DNA of 64,000 nucleotides, from positions 43,413-107,412 of the forward strand of contig CAZKRB010000001.1 in the NCBI GenBank assembly GCA_964555065.1. The letters are read 5' to 3'. A program made the position numbers and the translations under genes. Of this stretch, positions 41,229 through 50,876 are shown piece after piece. The notes beneath the pieces were generated by a model. That model worked only from the letters and a program-made list of their open reading frames with translations, did not search any database and was not told the origin of the DNA. Origin of the DNA: an uncultured Syntrophus sp. Lineage in GTDB: Bacteria; Desulfobacterota; Syntrophia; Syntrophales; Syntrophaceae. Each line of letters starts with the position of its first letter. Position 1 is the stretch's first letter.

Positions 41229-42656
41229 TCAAGCAGTCAGGTCAATAAACTCCACGCTGTAATTCGCCTCGGAGTGTCCCTGTGACGGACCCTGGGTTAG
41301 AACACTCAGTTTTCCCTCAAGGCCCAGAGAAGCAACTTTTCCCTTGACGTAGGCATTCCAATCCTCAGGGGGGTGAGGCTCCAGCACAGGGTAGACGCCT
41401 GAGGAGAACTGGAGCTGTCGACAGGTCGCCTCCTGGGAACTCACCGCCACAGTCCAGACGGGAAGGCGAAACCGAGCCATGCTCCGTGCCGTGGCGCCGC
41501 TCATGGTCGGGACAAAAACGGCCGCCGGTGTCACGTAATTAAAGAATGCTTCCGAGCTGATGGCGATGAGATGCTCCGGACGGATTATACCCCCGAGGTC
41601 AATTCCTTTGAACATATCCTGTACCTTCGTCATGGGGCGATGCGCTTCCGCCGACAGGGCTATTTTTGCAAGCATCGCCACGGCATCCACCGGATACCTG
41701 CCCATGGCGGACTCGCCCGAAAGCATGACGCAGTCGGTGCCGTCAAGGATTGCGTTGGCCACATCGGTTGCCTCGGCGCGAGTAGGACGGCGATTGTCCG
41801 TCATCGACTCGAGCATCTGGGTTGCGGTAATCACGGGTTTCGCACGCCTGTTTGCAAGCCGCATGATCCGCTTCTGCACGACGGCAATCTCTTCGATCGG
41901 AACTTCTACCCCCAGATCGCCGCGGGCGATCATGATGCCGTCAGCCGCTTCAAGAATCTCCTCGATGCGGTCGAGCGCTCCGGACCGCTCGATCTTCCCG
42001 ATAATGAAAGGGGCATATCCTAGGTCGGATGCGGCCTTGCGCACGGCCTCGATATCCGCCGGCCCTTCAACGAAGGACTGGCTTACGGCATCCACGCCGT
42101 TTTCGAGGGCAAACTGTAGACACTCGCGGTCGCGTTCGGTGAAGGCGCTGATCCCGAGGTCGATGCCCGGCAGGTTGAGTCCCTTGCGGGAGCGAAGTTC
42201 GCCGCCCACCATGACCTTGCAGCAGACGTCGTTCCCCTTGACCTCACGCACCTGGAGCTGAATGTATCCGTCATTGAGAAAGAGCGTGTCGCCTGCTTTT
42301 ACGGCCTTCGGAAGGCCCGCGAAGGATACGGAAACGCGGTTCTCATCGCCGACGATGTCCTCGGTCGTCAGTGAAAAGGGGGTGCCGGAATTGAGCTGGA
42401 TCGGCTCTGAGGCGAAGGTTCCGATCCGCATCTTCGGGCCGGAGAGGTCGGCCAGGATTGCGACCCTTCGGCCCAGCGATGCCGAGGCGGTCCGCAGGTT
42501 CTCAATGATCTTCCTGTGGGTCGCGAAGTCGCCGTGAGAGAAGTTGAGCCGGGCGACGTTCATTCCCGCTTCCATCATGGATTTCATCACCTCGGGAGTT
42601 TCAGATGCCGGGCCGATGGTACAGACGATCTTCGTCTTGGGTGACATGATTTTCAT
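41229..42656 (-). CDS. pyk: Pyruvate kinase
   Basis: KTKIVCTIGPAS, RLNFSHG, GIMIARGDLGVE, ATQMLESM, RAEATDVANA. Confidence 0.96.
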   Translation of the reverse strand: MKIMSPKTKIVCTIGPASETPEVMKSMMEAGMNVARLNFSHGDFATHRKIIENLRTASASLGRRVAILADLSGPKMRIGTFASEPIQLNSGTPFSLTTEDIVGDENRVSVSFAGLPKAVKAGDTLFLNDGYIQLQVREVKGNDVCCKVMVGGELRSRKGLNLPGIDLGISAFTERDRECLQFALENGVDAVSQSFVEGPADIEAVRKAASDLGYAPFIIGKIERSGALDRIEEILEAADGIMIARGDLGVEVPIEEIAVVQKRIMRLANRRAKPVITATQMLESMTDNRRPTRAEATDVANAILDGTDCVMLSGESAMGRYPVDAVAMLAKIALSAEAHRPMTKVQDMFKGIDLGGIIRPEHLIAISSEAFFNYVTPAAVFVPTMSGATARSMARFRLPVWTVAVSSQEATCRQLQFSSGVYPVLEPHPPEDWNAYVKGKVASLGLEGKLSVLTQGPSQGHSEANYSVEFIDLTA

Positions 42657-43684
42657 TCTTTTTCCCCCTGTTCACCGGGACGTCCGGCATCGCCCGCTGC
42701 CGTGCCTTCCCCTGCCGGCTTCACTTTCTTCCAGGTTTCATCGGGATCGAACAGGGTCATCGCCTGGGCTGTTTTCGCCGAGGCTTTTCCCAGATTCTTC
42801 TGATACACCACGCCATCCTGATTCACCAGAAAGGTCATAACCCCGGAATTCCCATAGTGTGCAGGATAGGCAACCAGGGCAAATCCGCCGATCATGTTGC
42901 CATTGACGACGTAGTCGTAGGCCCCGCCCGGCGCATGGACTCCCTGGCCCTTCAGGATCCGGTAGAAATAACCGTGGTAGGGCCGGGGCTCATCCGTTGC
43001 CGACGATTTCTCGTAGCCCTCCGCCTTTGCCCTTGCAGCGAAAGGTCCCAAGGGGCTGGGTTTCTCGCCTTCCTTTGTATCCCAATACAGGCCGTCTTTC
43101 TTTCCGGGTGAACTCCAGAATTTCTGGGCGTACTCGAACAGACCATCTCCGTCGGCATCCATCAAGGCGAATTCCTGCTGGGCATCAACATAGGCTTCGC
43201 AGACTTTGATGACGGCCAGTTCATTCCTGCCGATTCTCCGGTTCAGGATCTCCTCTTTTCCTTTCCGGGTATCGAACAGCCACCGTTGACCCTTCTTCAC
43301 AACGGGTATCGGCATAGGCCAGTGCTTCTCCCCCACGAGGAGCAGGGCCCTCGATTTTCCCGCCCGTTCGATCTTGTTCTTTTCATCATAAAGTCGGACA
43401 AATTTTTCGAGAATAGCCCGGTCCTCCGTTTCATCACCGGAAGAGAGGATCTCCCCGCTGTCCGGGCCAAGAACAGCGGCAACCTGTTTTCTATCCTTTG
43501 ACTTCAGGGCGTTCATCAATGCTTCCACCGCCGCCTCCGGGGTGCCATAGGTCTGCTGCCGTCCTGCTTTGACCGCCGCCTGCGCGGGAAAAGCGCCTGT
43601 CGCGACCACAAGCAGGAGGGCAAGGGCGGAAACAACAAAATCAAAAAATATATTCTCTTTTATTTTCAGGGAAGTCTGGAACAT
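42653..43684 (-). CDS. DUF2950 family exported protein
   Basis: WPMPIPVV, EILNRRIGRNEL, KKDGLYW, PYHGYFYRIL, YGNSGVMTFLVNQDGVVYQK. Confidence 0.88.
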   Translation of the reverse strand: MFQTSLKIKENIFFDFVVSALALLLVVATGAFPAQAAVKAGRQQTYGTPEAAVEALMNALKSKDRKQVAAVLGPDSGEILSSGDETEDRAILEKFVRLYDEKNKIERAGKSRALLLVGEKHWPMPIPVVKKGQRWLFDTRKGKEEILNRRIGRNELAVIKVCEAYVDAQQEFALMDADGDGLFEYAQKFWSSPGKKDGLYWDTKEGEKPSPLGPFAARAKAEGYEKSSATDEPRPYHGYFYRILKGQGVHAPGGAYDYVVNGNMIGGFALVAYPAHYGNSGVMTFLVNQDGVVYQKNLGKASAKTAQAMTLFDPDETWKKVKPAGEGTAAGDAGRPGEQGEKE

Positions 43685-43752
43685 GCTCTTTTCCTCCTCA
43701 TGCTTTTTTACTGGAGCTGTTTTAGGGCTGTACGTTTTTGAATATTTTGTGA

Positions 43753-43890
43753 CTACCTCCGACCGCCACGGCCACCGCCGCGGCCGCCGCCGGAGAATCC
43801 CCCTCCGCCACGACCACCACCGGAGAATCCCCCTCCTTCGCGGAAGCCTCCCCCACCGGAAAATCCCCCGCCGGAAAAACCGCCGCCGCT
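43753..43890 (-). repeat. Low-complexity coding repeat (GGGF[S/R], RGG)
   Basis: GGGFSGGGFSGGGGFREGGGFSGGGRGGGGFSGGGRGGGRGGRR. Confidence 0.85.
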
Positions 43891-45069
43891 TCGGGCCGCA
43901 GACATACTCTGGCGGCTGGAACTGCCCCGATCACTGCTCACCCGGGCATCTCTCCCCCCTCGATCCATCCCCTCAAAGGCATTGGACCGTCCCGGTTGCG
44001 GCGTAGCCTGATCCCCACGCCCGCCGGCGCCTCTGCTGGAGAAGTCTCTCGCTTCCCTTCCCGTTGTTGTGGGTCGCTGGCGGCCGGCACCATCCCTGCC
44101 CGCCATATCTCTTCGGTCGACACCGGCTCTGCCTCCGGTATCGGGCGTCCGTCCCCGGAAATCTTTTCTATTGTCCGCGCCGGGCCGTGATTGACCGTAT
44201 TGCTGCCGTGTCTTCGGGTCCCGGTATGCAACCCCCTTGCGGTGCTCCGGGTTATGCTGCCAGGTCCCCCGGCCGCCTTGGCTCCTTGTCACCTGATTCT
44301 TATATTTACTCCGATCAATATTCCTGTTGATGTTGGCATTCCGGTCGACGTCGATATCCACATCCCCCCCGTGCCAATCGGTATGGCCCCAGGCATAGCC
44401 CCAGGCCGAACCAACGACCGCCCCGGCCATAAAGGAAAAGGCCGCGGTCGTCGCCACGTATCCCGGGGGATAGACCGGGTAGGGCGGATAGGAAGGATAG
44501 GCCCAGGCGCCGTAAACGACGGTGGGGTTGTAGGCCGGCACATAAACGACCTGAGGGCTGGCCGGTTCAATGAGGATGATCTGTTGCTCGACCTTGACGA
44601 CCTGCTCCCCGGTGGTTTTCAGGTTGCCCGAAGCCCGCGCCTTCGCACGCAGTTCCTGGACGGTATTCATCACGTCCTTCTGCTGGGTGAGGAAGGCGTC
44701 GCCCACTTTCTGCGTCCACTCCAACTGCTCGCTCATCATCGACAGAACCTGGGGAAAGTTCACCAGGGACTTCACGCTGGGGTCCCAGTTTTTCTGTTCA
44801 AGGGTCCGGGTCAAAGCCTCCCCCTTCACATTGGGATTTTTTTTCACGAACCGATCGGCCTCGACGATTTCCAGGGGATAGGTAGAGGCCATGAAGACCT
44901 GGGCCAGGAGATCATCGGGGTAGAGGGCAATCGGCGCCAGGATCTGATCCAGCTCTGCCTGCTTGAAGGTGGAGGCAGTTCCCTCTCCCTGCGCCCAGGT
45001 GCCGACCGGCACGGTTAGGAACAGCACAAGCAACCATGCCGCTAGTTTAAGAAAGCGATGACTTTTCAT
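43753..45069 (-). CDS. DUF3300 family exported protein with RGG/FGG-rich tail
   Basis: LDQILAPIALYPDDLLAQVFMASTYP, WDPSVKSL, VYVPAYNP, WQHNPEHR; start after SD ggaggag. Confidence 0.9.
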   Translation of the reverse strand: MKSHRFLKLAAWLLVLFLTVPVGTWAQGEGTASTFKQAELDQILAPIALYPDDLLAQVFMASTYPLEIVEADRFVKKNPNVKGEALTRTLEQKNWDPSVKSLVNFPQVLSMMSEQLEWTQKVGDAFLTQQKDVMNTVQELRAKARASGNLKTTGEQVVKVEQQIILIEPASPQVVYVPAYNPTVVYGAWAYPSYPPYPVYPPGYVATTAAFSFMAGAVVGSAWGYAWGHTDWHGGDVDIDVDRNANINRNIDRSKYKNQVTRSQGGRGTWQHNPEHRKGVAYRDPKTRQQYGQSRPGADNRKDFRGRTPDTGGRAGVDRRDMAGRDGAGRQRPTTTGREARDFSSRGAGGRGDQATPQPGRSNAFEGMDRGGRDARVSSDRGSSSRQSMSAARSGGGFSGGGFSGGGGFREGGGFSGGGRGGGGFSGGGRGGGRGGRR

Positions 45070-45163
45070 TTCTCTCCTCCTTTGCCGGTACGTAGTTTTC
45101 TGCACTCTTTCCCGATTCTCTTTACAGGGCGCAACCCTCAGCTCCGAGAACATAGGAGCGCTC

Positions 45164-46372
45164 TCAGCCGGACTTCTCGATGGTCGCTACCGTCTGGCGG
45201 GCGATCTCCCGCTCCTCGTCCGTTTTGACCACCAGGAGTTTAACCGGTGCGCCGTCCGCCTGGATCTCTGCAATGCCGCCCGAGACCGATGCGTTTCTTC
45301 CTTCATCCATGAGGATTCCCATGTGCTCCAAGCCGCTGCACACTTGACGGCGCACGGTTGCGGAATTCTCGCCGATGCCGCCGGTGAAGATCAAGGCATC
45401 GGGACTTCCGAGAATCGCCCAGTAGGCGCCGATGTATTTCTTGATTCTGTAGCAGAAGATATCCAGGGCCAGCAGGGCCCGAGCGGCGCCGCTTCGGGCC
45501 TGCCCTTCGATCTCACGCATGTCGTTCAGACCGCAGATTCCCTTAAGGCCCCCCTGCGAATTGAGCGACTGCTCCAGTTCATCGGCGGACATCCCCTTTT
45601 CCCTCATGATGAAGAAGTGAAGCGCCGGATCGATGTCTCCGGACCTCGTCCCCATGACCAGACCTTCAAGGGGGGTGAGCCCCATCGAAGTGTCGATGCT
45701 CCGTCCTCCACGCACGGCGGTAATGCTCGCGCCGTTTCCCAGGTGGAGAGAAATGAGGCGGGTCTCGCTGGCCGCCTTGCCGAGATACCGGGCGGCTTCT
45801 CGCGAGACGTAAAGATGGGAGGTGCCATGAAAGCCGTACCTGCGGACGGAATGCCGGGCGTACCAGTCATAGGGAACCGCATAAGTGAAGGCATGCGGCG
45901 GCAGGGTCTGATGAAAGGCGGTATCGAAAACCGCCACCTGCGGGATCGCGGGGAACCGGGCTCGCGCGATCTCGATGCCGAGAAGATTGGAGGGGTTGTG
46001 GAGCGGCGCCAACGGGATCAGGCTGCGAATAGCGGCAACGACGGAATCGTCAACCAGGGTCGGCCCCTGGAATCGTTCCCCGCCGTGGACCACGCGGTGG
46101 CCGATGCCGAACAGTTCTTTGTCATCCTGGATGATCCGGTTTTCGCGGTTCATGTGCACGATGAAATCGAACCCTTCCCGGTGGTCTGCCAGCCGCTTCG
46201 AATAGATCTGCTCGTCGAAAGTCCCGTCGGCGTTGTGCCTCCGTTGCTGCAGACGCCCCTCACTGCTTCCTATCCTTTCGACAAGTCCCGAGGCGATCAT
46301 GACCAGGTCCGGCAGGCCGAAAACCTCGTACTTGATAGACGAACTTCCGCAGTTCACAACTCCCACCTTCAC
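45164..46372 (-). CDS. ackA: Acetate kinase
   Basis: NCGSSSIK, GHRVVHGG, LAPLHNP, RRYGFHGTSH, FTGGIGENS. Confidence 0.96.
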   Translation of the reverse strand: MKVGVVNCGSSSIKYEVFGLPDLVMIASGLVERIGSSEGRLQQRRHNADGTFDEQIYSKRLADHREGFDFIVHMNRENRIIQDDKELFGIGHRVVHGGERFQGPTLVDDSVVAAIRSLIPLAPLHNPSNLLGIEIARARFPAIPQVAVFDTAFHQTLPPHAFTYAVPYDWYARHSVRRYGFHGTSHLYVSREAARYLGKAASETRLISLHLGNGASITAVRGGRSIDTSMGLTPLEGLVMGTRSGDIDPALHFFIMREKGMSADELEQSLNSQGGLKGICGLNDMREIEGQARSGAARALLALDIFCYRIKKYIGAYWAILGSPDALIFTGGIGENSATVRRQVCSGLEHMGILMDEGRNASVSGGIAEIQADGAPVKLLVVKTDEEREIARQTVATIEKSG

Positions 46373-48468
46373 GGTGATCCTCCTCCAGCCTGGGCCTGTA
46401 TCGCCGTAATGACGATGGTGTTGACAATGTCTGTCACGAGGGCCCCGCGGCTCAGGTCGTTAACCGGCTTGTTGAGCCCCTGGAGCACGGGTCCGATGGC
46501 AATCGCATCCGCTGCTCGCTGGACGGCTTTGTAGGCATTGTTCCCGGCGTTCAAGTCGGGAAAGATGAAGACCGTGGCGCGGCCTGCGACCTCGCTGTCC
46601 GGCAGCTTCACCTTCGCCACCGTGGGGTCGACAGCCGCGTCATACTGGATCGGGCCCTCCACCTTGAGATCCGGGCGGTGGCTGCGGACCAGTTGTGTTG
46701 CTTTCCGGACCCGGTCGATTTCGGCGCCGGTGCCGGATTCGCCCGTGGAGTAAGACAGCATGGCAACCCGGGGTTCGATGCCGAAGGCATGCGCCGTCTC
46801 CGCAGAACTGATCGCGATGTCGGCGAGCTGCTCCGCTGTCGGATCGGGCACGATGGCGCAGTCGCCATAAACCAGCGTCCGGTCCGCGAGACACATGAAG
46901 AAAATGCTCGAGACGATCGAGATCCCCGGTTTCGTCTTCACGAATTCCAGCGACGGACGGATGGTGTGCGCCGTGGTGTGCACGGATCCCGAGACCATCC
47001 CGTCGGCGTGGCCCAGGTTAACCATCATGGTCCCGAAATAGCTGGCGTCAGCCATCGTGTCGCTCGCCAGCTCCCGCGAAACGCCTTTCTGTTTCCGTGC
47101 CTCGTAATAGGCTTCGGCGTAAATCGGCAAGTGGTCCGAGGTCTCTGGATCGACGAACCGGGCGCCTTTAAGAGAAACTCCCAGGGCCAGGGCCTTCTGT
47201 CTCACCTCCTCTTCGTTGCCGAGCAGGGTGAGATCGCAGACATCCCGGAGCAGCACGATCTCCGCGGCTCTGAGGATCCGCTCTTCCGTGCCTTCCGGAA
47301 GCACGATGTGCTTGCGCTGCTCTTTCGCCCTCCTGACGAGCTCGTACTGGAACATGAGCGGTGTAATCCGGCTGGAACGCGTTAAGGCTGCCTGCTCGAA
47401 CAGGCCTGTAAGGTCCATGGACGATTCCGCGATCCCGAGCACCGCCGCAATCTTCCGCCTGTTCCGAGCCGTGAATGACGGCCGCACCTTGCTGACCCTC
47501 ATCGTTGCAGTGAAGGTATCCATTGCGGTCGTGAGCACGGGCACAGGGGAGGCCCGCAGTCCCCTCATAAGCCTCTGAACCTGCATAGGCGGCTGAAGAT
47601 TTCCCGTGAGCACGAGGCCGGCAACATGGGGATAGTTGACGGACCGGTCGGCGGCGAGCGTGCCGATGATGATATCGGAGCGGTCTCCCGGCGTAATGAC
47701 CAGGCTTCCGTCCTCCAGATGATCGAGAAAGTTCGGCAACTCCATGGCGCCGATCTTCACCGTTGCAACCTCTCCCTCGAGCATCTCGTCATTCCCGTTG
47801 ATCAGTTTCGCCCCGAGGGCCATGGAGATTTCACGTACCGTCGGCCTTTCCAGGAGGGGCAATTCCGGCAGCACATAGACGCGCCGCGGCTCGGCAATAT
47901 GCTTTCTCACGGAGGCAAGAAGTGCGTCCCGCCGGCTCTGCTCAATCCGGTTGACCAGAACGGCCGCGATATCGTTCTTGCCCGCTTCACCAGACTCGAA
48001 AAGGACCCGTACGGCATGGACAAGCTTGTCCGGCTCTTTGCCGCCTCCATTGACGATGGGAACCAGGGGTACGCCCAGATTCCTCGCAACCCCAACGTTG
48101 AAGTCGAATTCAAGAGCCATCGACACACCACTGAAATCCGTGCCCACGCAGAGGACAAAATCGGAACGGCTCTCCAGCGACTTGTATCTTTCGATCATAC
48201 GGCTGTATAGCTCGTCGTACGCTCCGGCGGCAAGAAGCTCATGGGCATCCATCAGGATCATCCCATACATCGCTTCGGGAGGAAACCGCAGAGAATAAAG
48301 CTCCATCAGCAGCCGGGTCAGGGCGTCCGAACCGGCATCATCGGGCACGACCGGCCGGAAGAGGCTCAGACGCTCGACCCGCCCGGATAAGTATTCCATG
48401 AAGGCAAGGGCCGCAACCGTCTTGCCGCTCTTCGGTTCAAGACTTGTGATGTAAAGGCTGTTCGACAA
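46369..48468 (-). CDS. pta: Phosphate acetyltransferase, long form with DRTGG domain
   Basis: ITPGDRSD, HIVLPEG, TTAHTIRP, GPIQYDAA, QGLNKPVNDLSRG. Confidence 0.95.
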   Translation of the reverse strand: MSNSLYITSLEPKSGKTVAALAFMEYLSGRVERLSLFRPVVPDDAGSDALTRLLMELYSLRFPPEAMYGMILMDAHELLAAGAYDELYSRMIERYKSLESRSDFVLCVGTDFSGVSMALEFDFNVGVARNLGVPLVPIVNGGGKEPDKLVHAVRVLFESGEAGKNDIAAVLVNRIEQSRRDALLASVRKHIAEPRRVYVLPELPLLERPTVREISMALGAKLINGNDEMLEGEVATVKIGAMELPNFLDHLEDGSLVITPGDRSDIIIGTLAADRSVNYPHVAGLVLTGNLQPPMQVQRLMRGLRASPVPVLTTAMDTFTATMRVSKVRPSFTARNRRKIAAVLGIAESSMDLTGLFEQAALTRSSRITPLMFQYELVRRAKEQRKHIVLPEGTEERILRAAEIVLLRDVCDLTLLGNEEEVRQKALALGVSLKGARFVDPETSDHLPIYAEAYYEARKQKGVSRELASDTMADASYFGTMMVNLGHADGMVSGSVHTTAHTIRPSLEFVKTKPGISIVSSIFFMCLADRTLVYGDCAIVPDPTAEQLADIAISSAETAHAFGIEPRVAMLSYSTGESGTGAEIDRVRKATQLVRSHRPDLKVEGPIQYDAAVDPTVAKVKLPDSEVAGRATVFIFPDLNAGNNAYKAVQRAADAIAIGPVLQGLNKPVNDLSRGALVTDIVNTIVITAIQAQAGGGSP

Positions 48469-48509
48469 AGGCGGCCCCTCCCTTTTCCTCAGCGGGTACG
48501 CTCCCTTCT

Positions 48510-49796
48510 CTAAACCATATCGGTCTGTCCCGTCACCGCCAGGACGCTGTTCCAGAGCATGCTCTGGGGGTCGATCTTCTTGCGCTTCGACGTGGCGAGC
48601 GAAATGGGCACATGGGTGAACTGGTGGTTCCAGAAACTGACCACCATGTTCGTCCGTCCGCTCATCCCGGCATGTACGGCGCTCTGGCCCAGGAGAAGGC
48701 AGAACGCCGCATCATGGGGATTGGCGGGCATGCTCCGGATCATATAGCTGGGGTCGATGTATTTGAGGTTGATCTCCAGACTGCTCTTCTTGAAATAATC
48801 CTTGATGGCATCCCTCAGAAAGAGGCCGATGTCTCCGTATTTGATATTACCGGAGGCGTCCCGTTCGGTCGTGTCCTCCATCAGGTCCTGGCCGGCCCCC
48901 TCGGCCACGACGATCACCGCGTGGCTCTTCCGCTCCAGGCGCTGTTTCAGCGCATCGAGAAAGCCGGCAAGGGAGAAAGGCACTTCCGGAACCAGGCAGA
49001 AGTTCACGTGGCTGTTTACCAGAACCGAATAGGCCGCGATAAAGCCGGAGTCGCGTCCCATAAGCTTCACCAGTCCGATGCTGTTGCGGGCGGAATCCGC
49101 CTCGATGGTGGCGGCATAGGTTGCCCGACGGGCCTCGGCAACGGCGGTTTCGAATCCGAAGGTGGTCTGGATATAGGAAATGTCGTTGTCGATGGTCTTC
49201 GGGATTCCGATGACGCTGATCTTCAGGCCTCGCCGGGCCGCCTCTTCGGAGATCTTCTGTGCTCCGCGCTGCGTCCCGTCGCCTCCGATGGCGAAAAGAA
49301 TGCCAACCTTGAGGTGCTCAAGGGTGGTGACCATCTCGGAGGGCTCCTGAGGGCCTCGGGACGAGCCCAGGATCGTCCCTCCGATCTCATGGATCCGGGC
49401 GACGGAATCGGGTGTCAGTTCGAGCGGCCTGTGTCCGTGGCGCTCCACAAGCCCCTCGTACCCGAAGCGGAACCCGTAGACCTTTTCCACCCCGTAATGA
49501 TAATAGAGGCTCAGGACAACGGACCGGATCACGTCGTTCAGTCCGGGACAGATCCCGCCGCAGGTGACGATGCCGCAGGCAAGGCGAGACGGGTCAAAAA
49601 AGATCCTTTCCCGCGGCCCCGCAGCTTCCATGGCGGGCGGCTGGAGCCCTTTGTCAAGCCAGGGCTGCATCTTTTGAAGACTGGAAAAATAGAGGACTTG
49701 CCCATCATCATCCATAAAGCGGATACCCCGTGCCGGGGAGGGGATGGGGCATTCCCCAAGCCGTTCGATGGTAAAATCAAGTTTCAGGTCAGCCAT
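48510..49796 (-). CDS. pfk: ATP-dependent 6-phosphofructokinase (group X type)
   Basis: CGGICPGLNDVIR, GGDGT (Gly typical of ATP-specific enzymes), PKTIDND, LMGRDSGFIA. Confidence 0.92.
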   Translation of the reverse strand: MADLKLDFTIERLGECPIPSPARGIRFMDDDGQVLYFSSLQKMQPWLDKGLQPPAMEAAGPRERIFFDPSRLACGIVTCGGICPGLNDVIRSVVLSLYYHYGVEKVYGFRFGYEGLVERHGHRPLELTPDSVARIHEIGGTILGSSRGPQEPSEMVTTLEHLKVGILFAIGGDGTQRGAQKISEEAARRGLKISVIGIPKTIDNDISYIQTTFGFETAVAEARRATYAATIEADSARNSIGLVKLMGRDSGFIAAYSVLVNSHVNFCLVPEVPFSLAGFLDALKQRLERKSHAVIVVAEGAGQDLMEDTTERDASGNIKYGDIGLFLRDAIKDYFKKSSLEINLKYIDPSYMIRSMPANPHDAAFCLLLGQSAVHAGMSGRTNMVVSFWNHQFTHVPISLATSKRKKIDPQSMLWNSVLAVTGQTDMV

Positions 49797-49836
49797 GAGA
49801 TCCTCCTGTCGTCTTGTCTTGTTCTGCAAAGAAGCC

Positions 49837-50862
49837 TCATCTCATCAACGTCGTGCCGAGACTTCGCAGCTCCGCTGCCGCCTGTTGAACCCTCCCGGCC
49901 ATGGCATGCTCGGCCAGGCCCAGATAGACCCGCGGATCATAAACTTTCTTGTCGCCCACCTCGCCGTCCACTTTCAAGGCGCCGCTGTAATTCCGGAAGA
50001 GATGATCGGCGATGGCCCGGGTAAAGGCATACTGGGTGTCCGTATCGATGTTCATCTTGACCACGCCGTAGTCCAGGGCGGCATGGATGTCCTCGATCAA
50101 TGATCCCGAGCCGCCGTGGAAAACCAGAGAGAAGCGGGCCTCTTCCCCGTAAACCTTCACCACGGCGTCCTGGCATTCCTTCAGGATGGAGGGCTTCAGC
50201 TTGACGTGGCCGGGTTTGTAGACGCCGTGGACATTGCCGAAGGTCGCCGCCAGGAGGTAGCGCGCCCCTGGAACGGTATTCAACCGGCGGGCGACTTCGA
50301 GGGTGTCCTCGGGGGTGGTGTACAGTTTGGCCGCGGCGCTGGCCTTGACGCCGTCCTCTTCTCCGCCGACCACCCCCGCTTCGATCTCGAGGACCAGTTC
50401 GCTTTTCCGGAAGCGTTCGAGGAGCTGGACGGCGATATCAAGATTTTCCTTCAGGGGGAGGGCGCTTCCGTCGAACATATGGGCGGTGAAGAGGTTCGGT
50501 TTCCCCGCCGCCCGCCGCCTTTCCGTTTCCTCCACCAGGGGGATCACGAATCGGTCGAGGTTGCCCGCCGTGCAGTGGTCCGTGTTGAGGGCCACGTAGA
50601 TCGGATATCGATCTGCGACGCGGTGGACATGTTCGGCAATCGAGATGGCGCCGAGGGCCATGTCCTTGACCGCCGACCCTGCGGCAAAGGCGGCTCCCCC
50701 CGTCGAAACCTGGATAATCCCATCGCTTCTGCTCTCGGCAAGTCCTTTGAGAACGGCGTTGGCCGTCGTCAGCGAGGTGACGTTGACGGCGGGATAAGCA
50801 TAAGACTTTTCCCGGGCCTGATCGATCATCTGGCAGAATATCTTGTAGTCGGCAACTGGCAT
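49837..50862 (-). CDS. fbaA: Class II fructose-bisphosphate aldolase
   Basis: YAYPAVNV, TDHC, HMFDGS, GGEEDG, FGNVHGVYKPG, VFHGGSG, KMNIDTD. Confidence 0.95.
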   Translation of the reverse strand: MPVADYKIFCQMIDQAREKSYAYPAVNVTSLTTANAVLKGLAESRSDGIIQVSTGGAAFAAGSAVKDMALGAISIAEHVHRVADRYPIYVALNTDHCTAGNLDRFVIPLVEETERRRAAGKPNLFTAHMFDGSALPLKENLDIAVQLLERFRKSELVLEIEAGVVGGEEDGVKASAAAKLYTTPEDTLEVARRLNTVPGARYLLAATFGNVHGVYKPGHVKLKPSILKECQDAVVKVYGEEARFSLVFHGGSGSLIEDIHAALDYGVVKMNIDTDTQYAFTRAIADHLFRNYSGALKVDGEVGDKKVYDPRVYLGLAEHAMAGRVQQAAAELRSLGTTLMR

Positions 50863-50876
50863 GGCTTCCTCCTTCT

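Noticed and set aside
43753-43890. Short repeats considered as a CRISPR-like or VNTR array
   Set aside because: Imperfect, codon-phased Gly-rich repeats with no spacers and no cas genes
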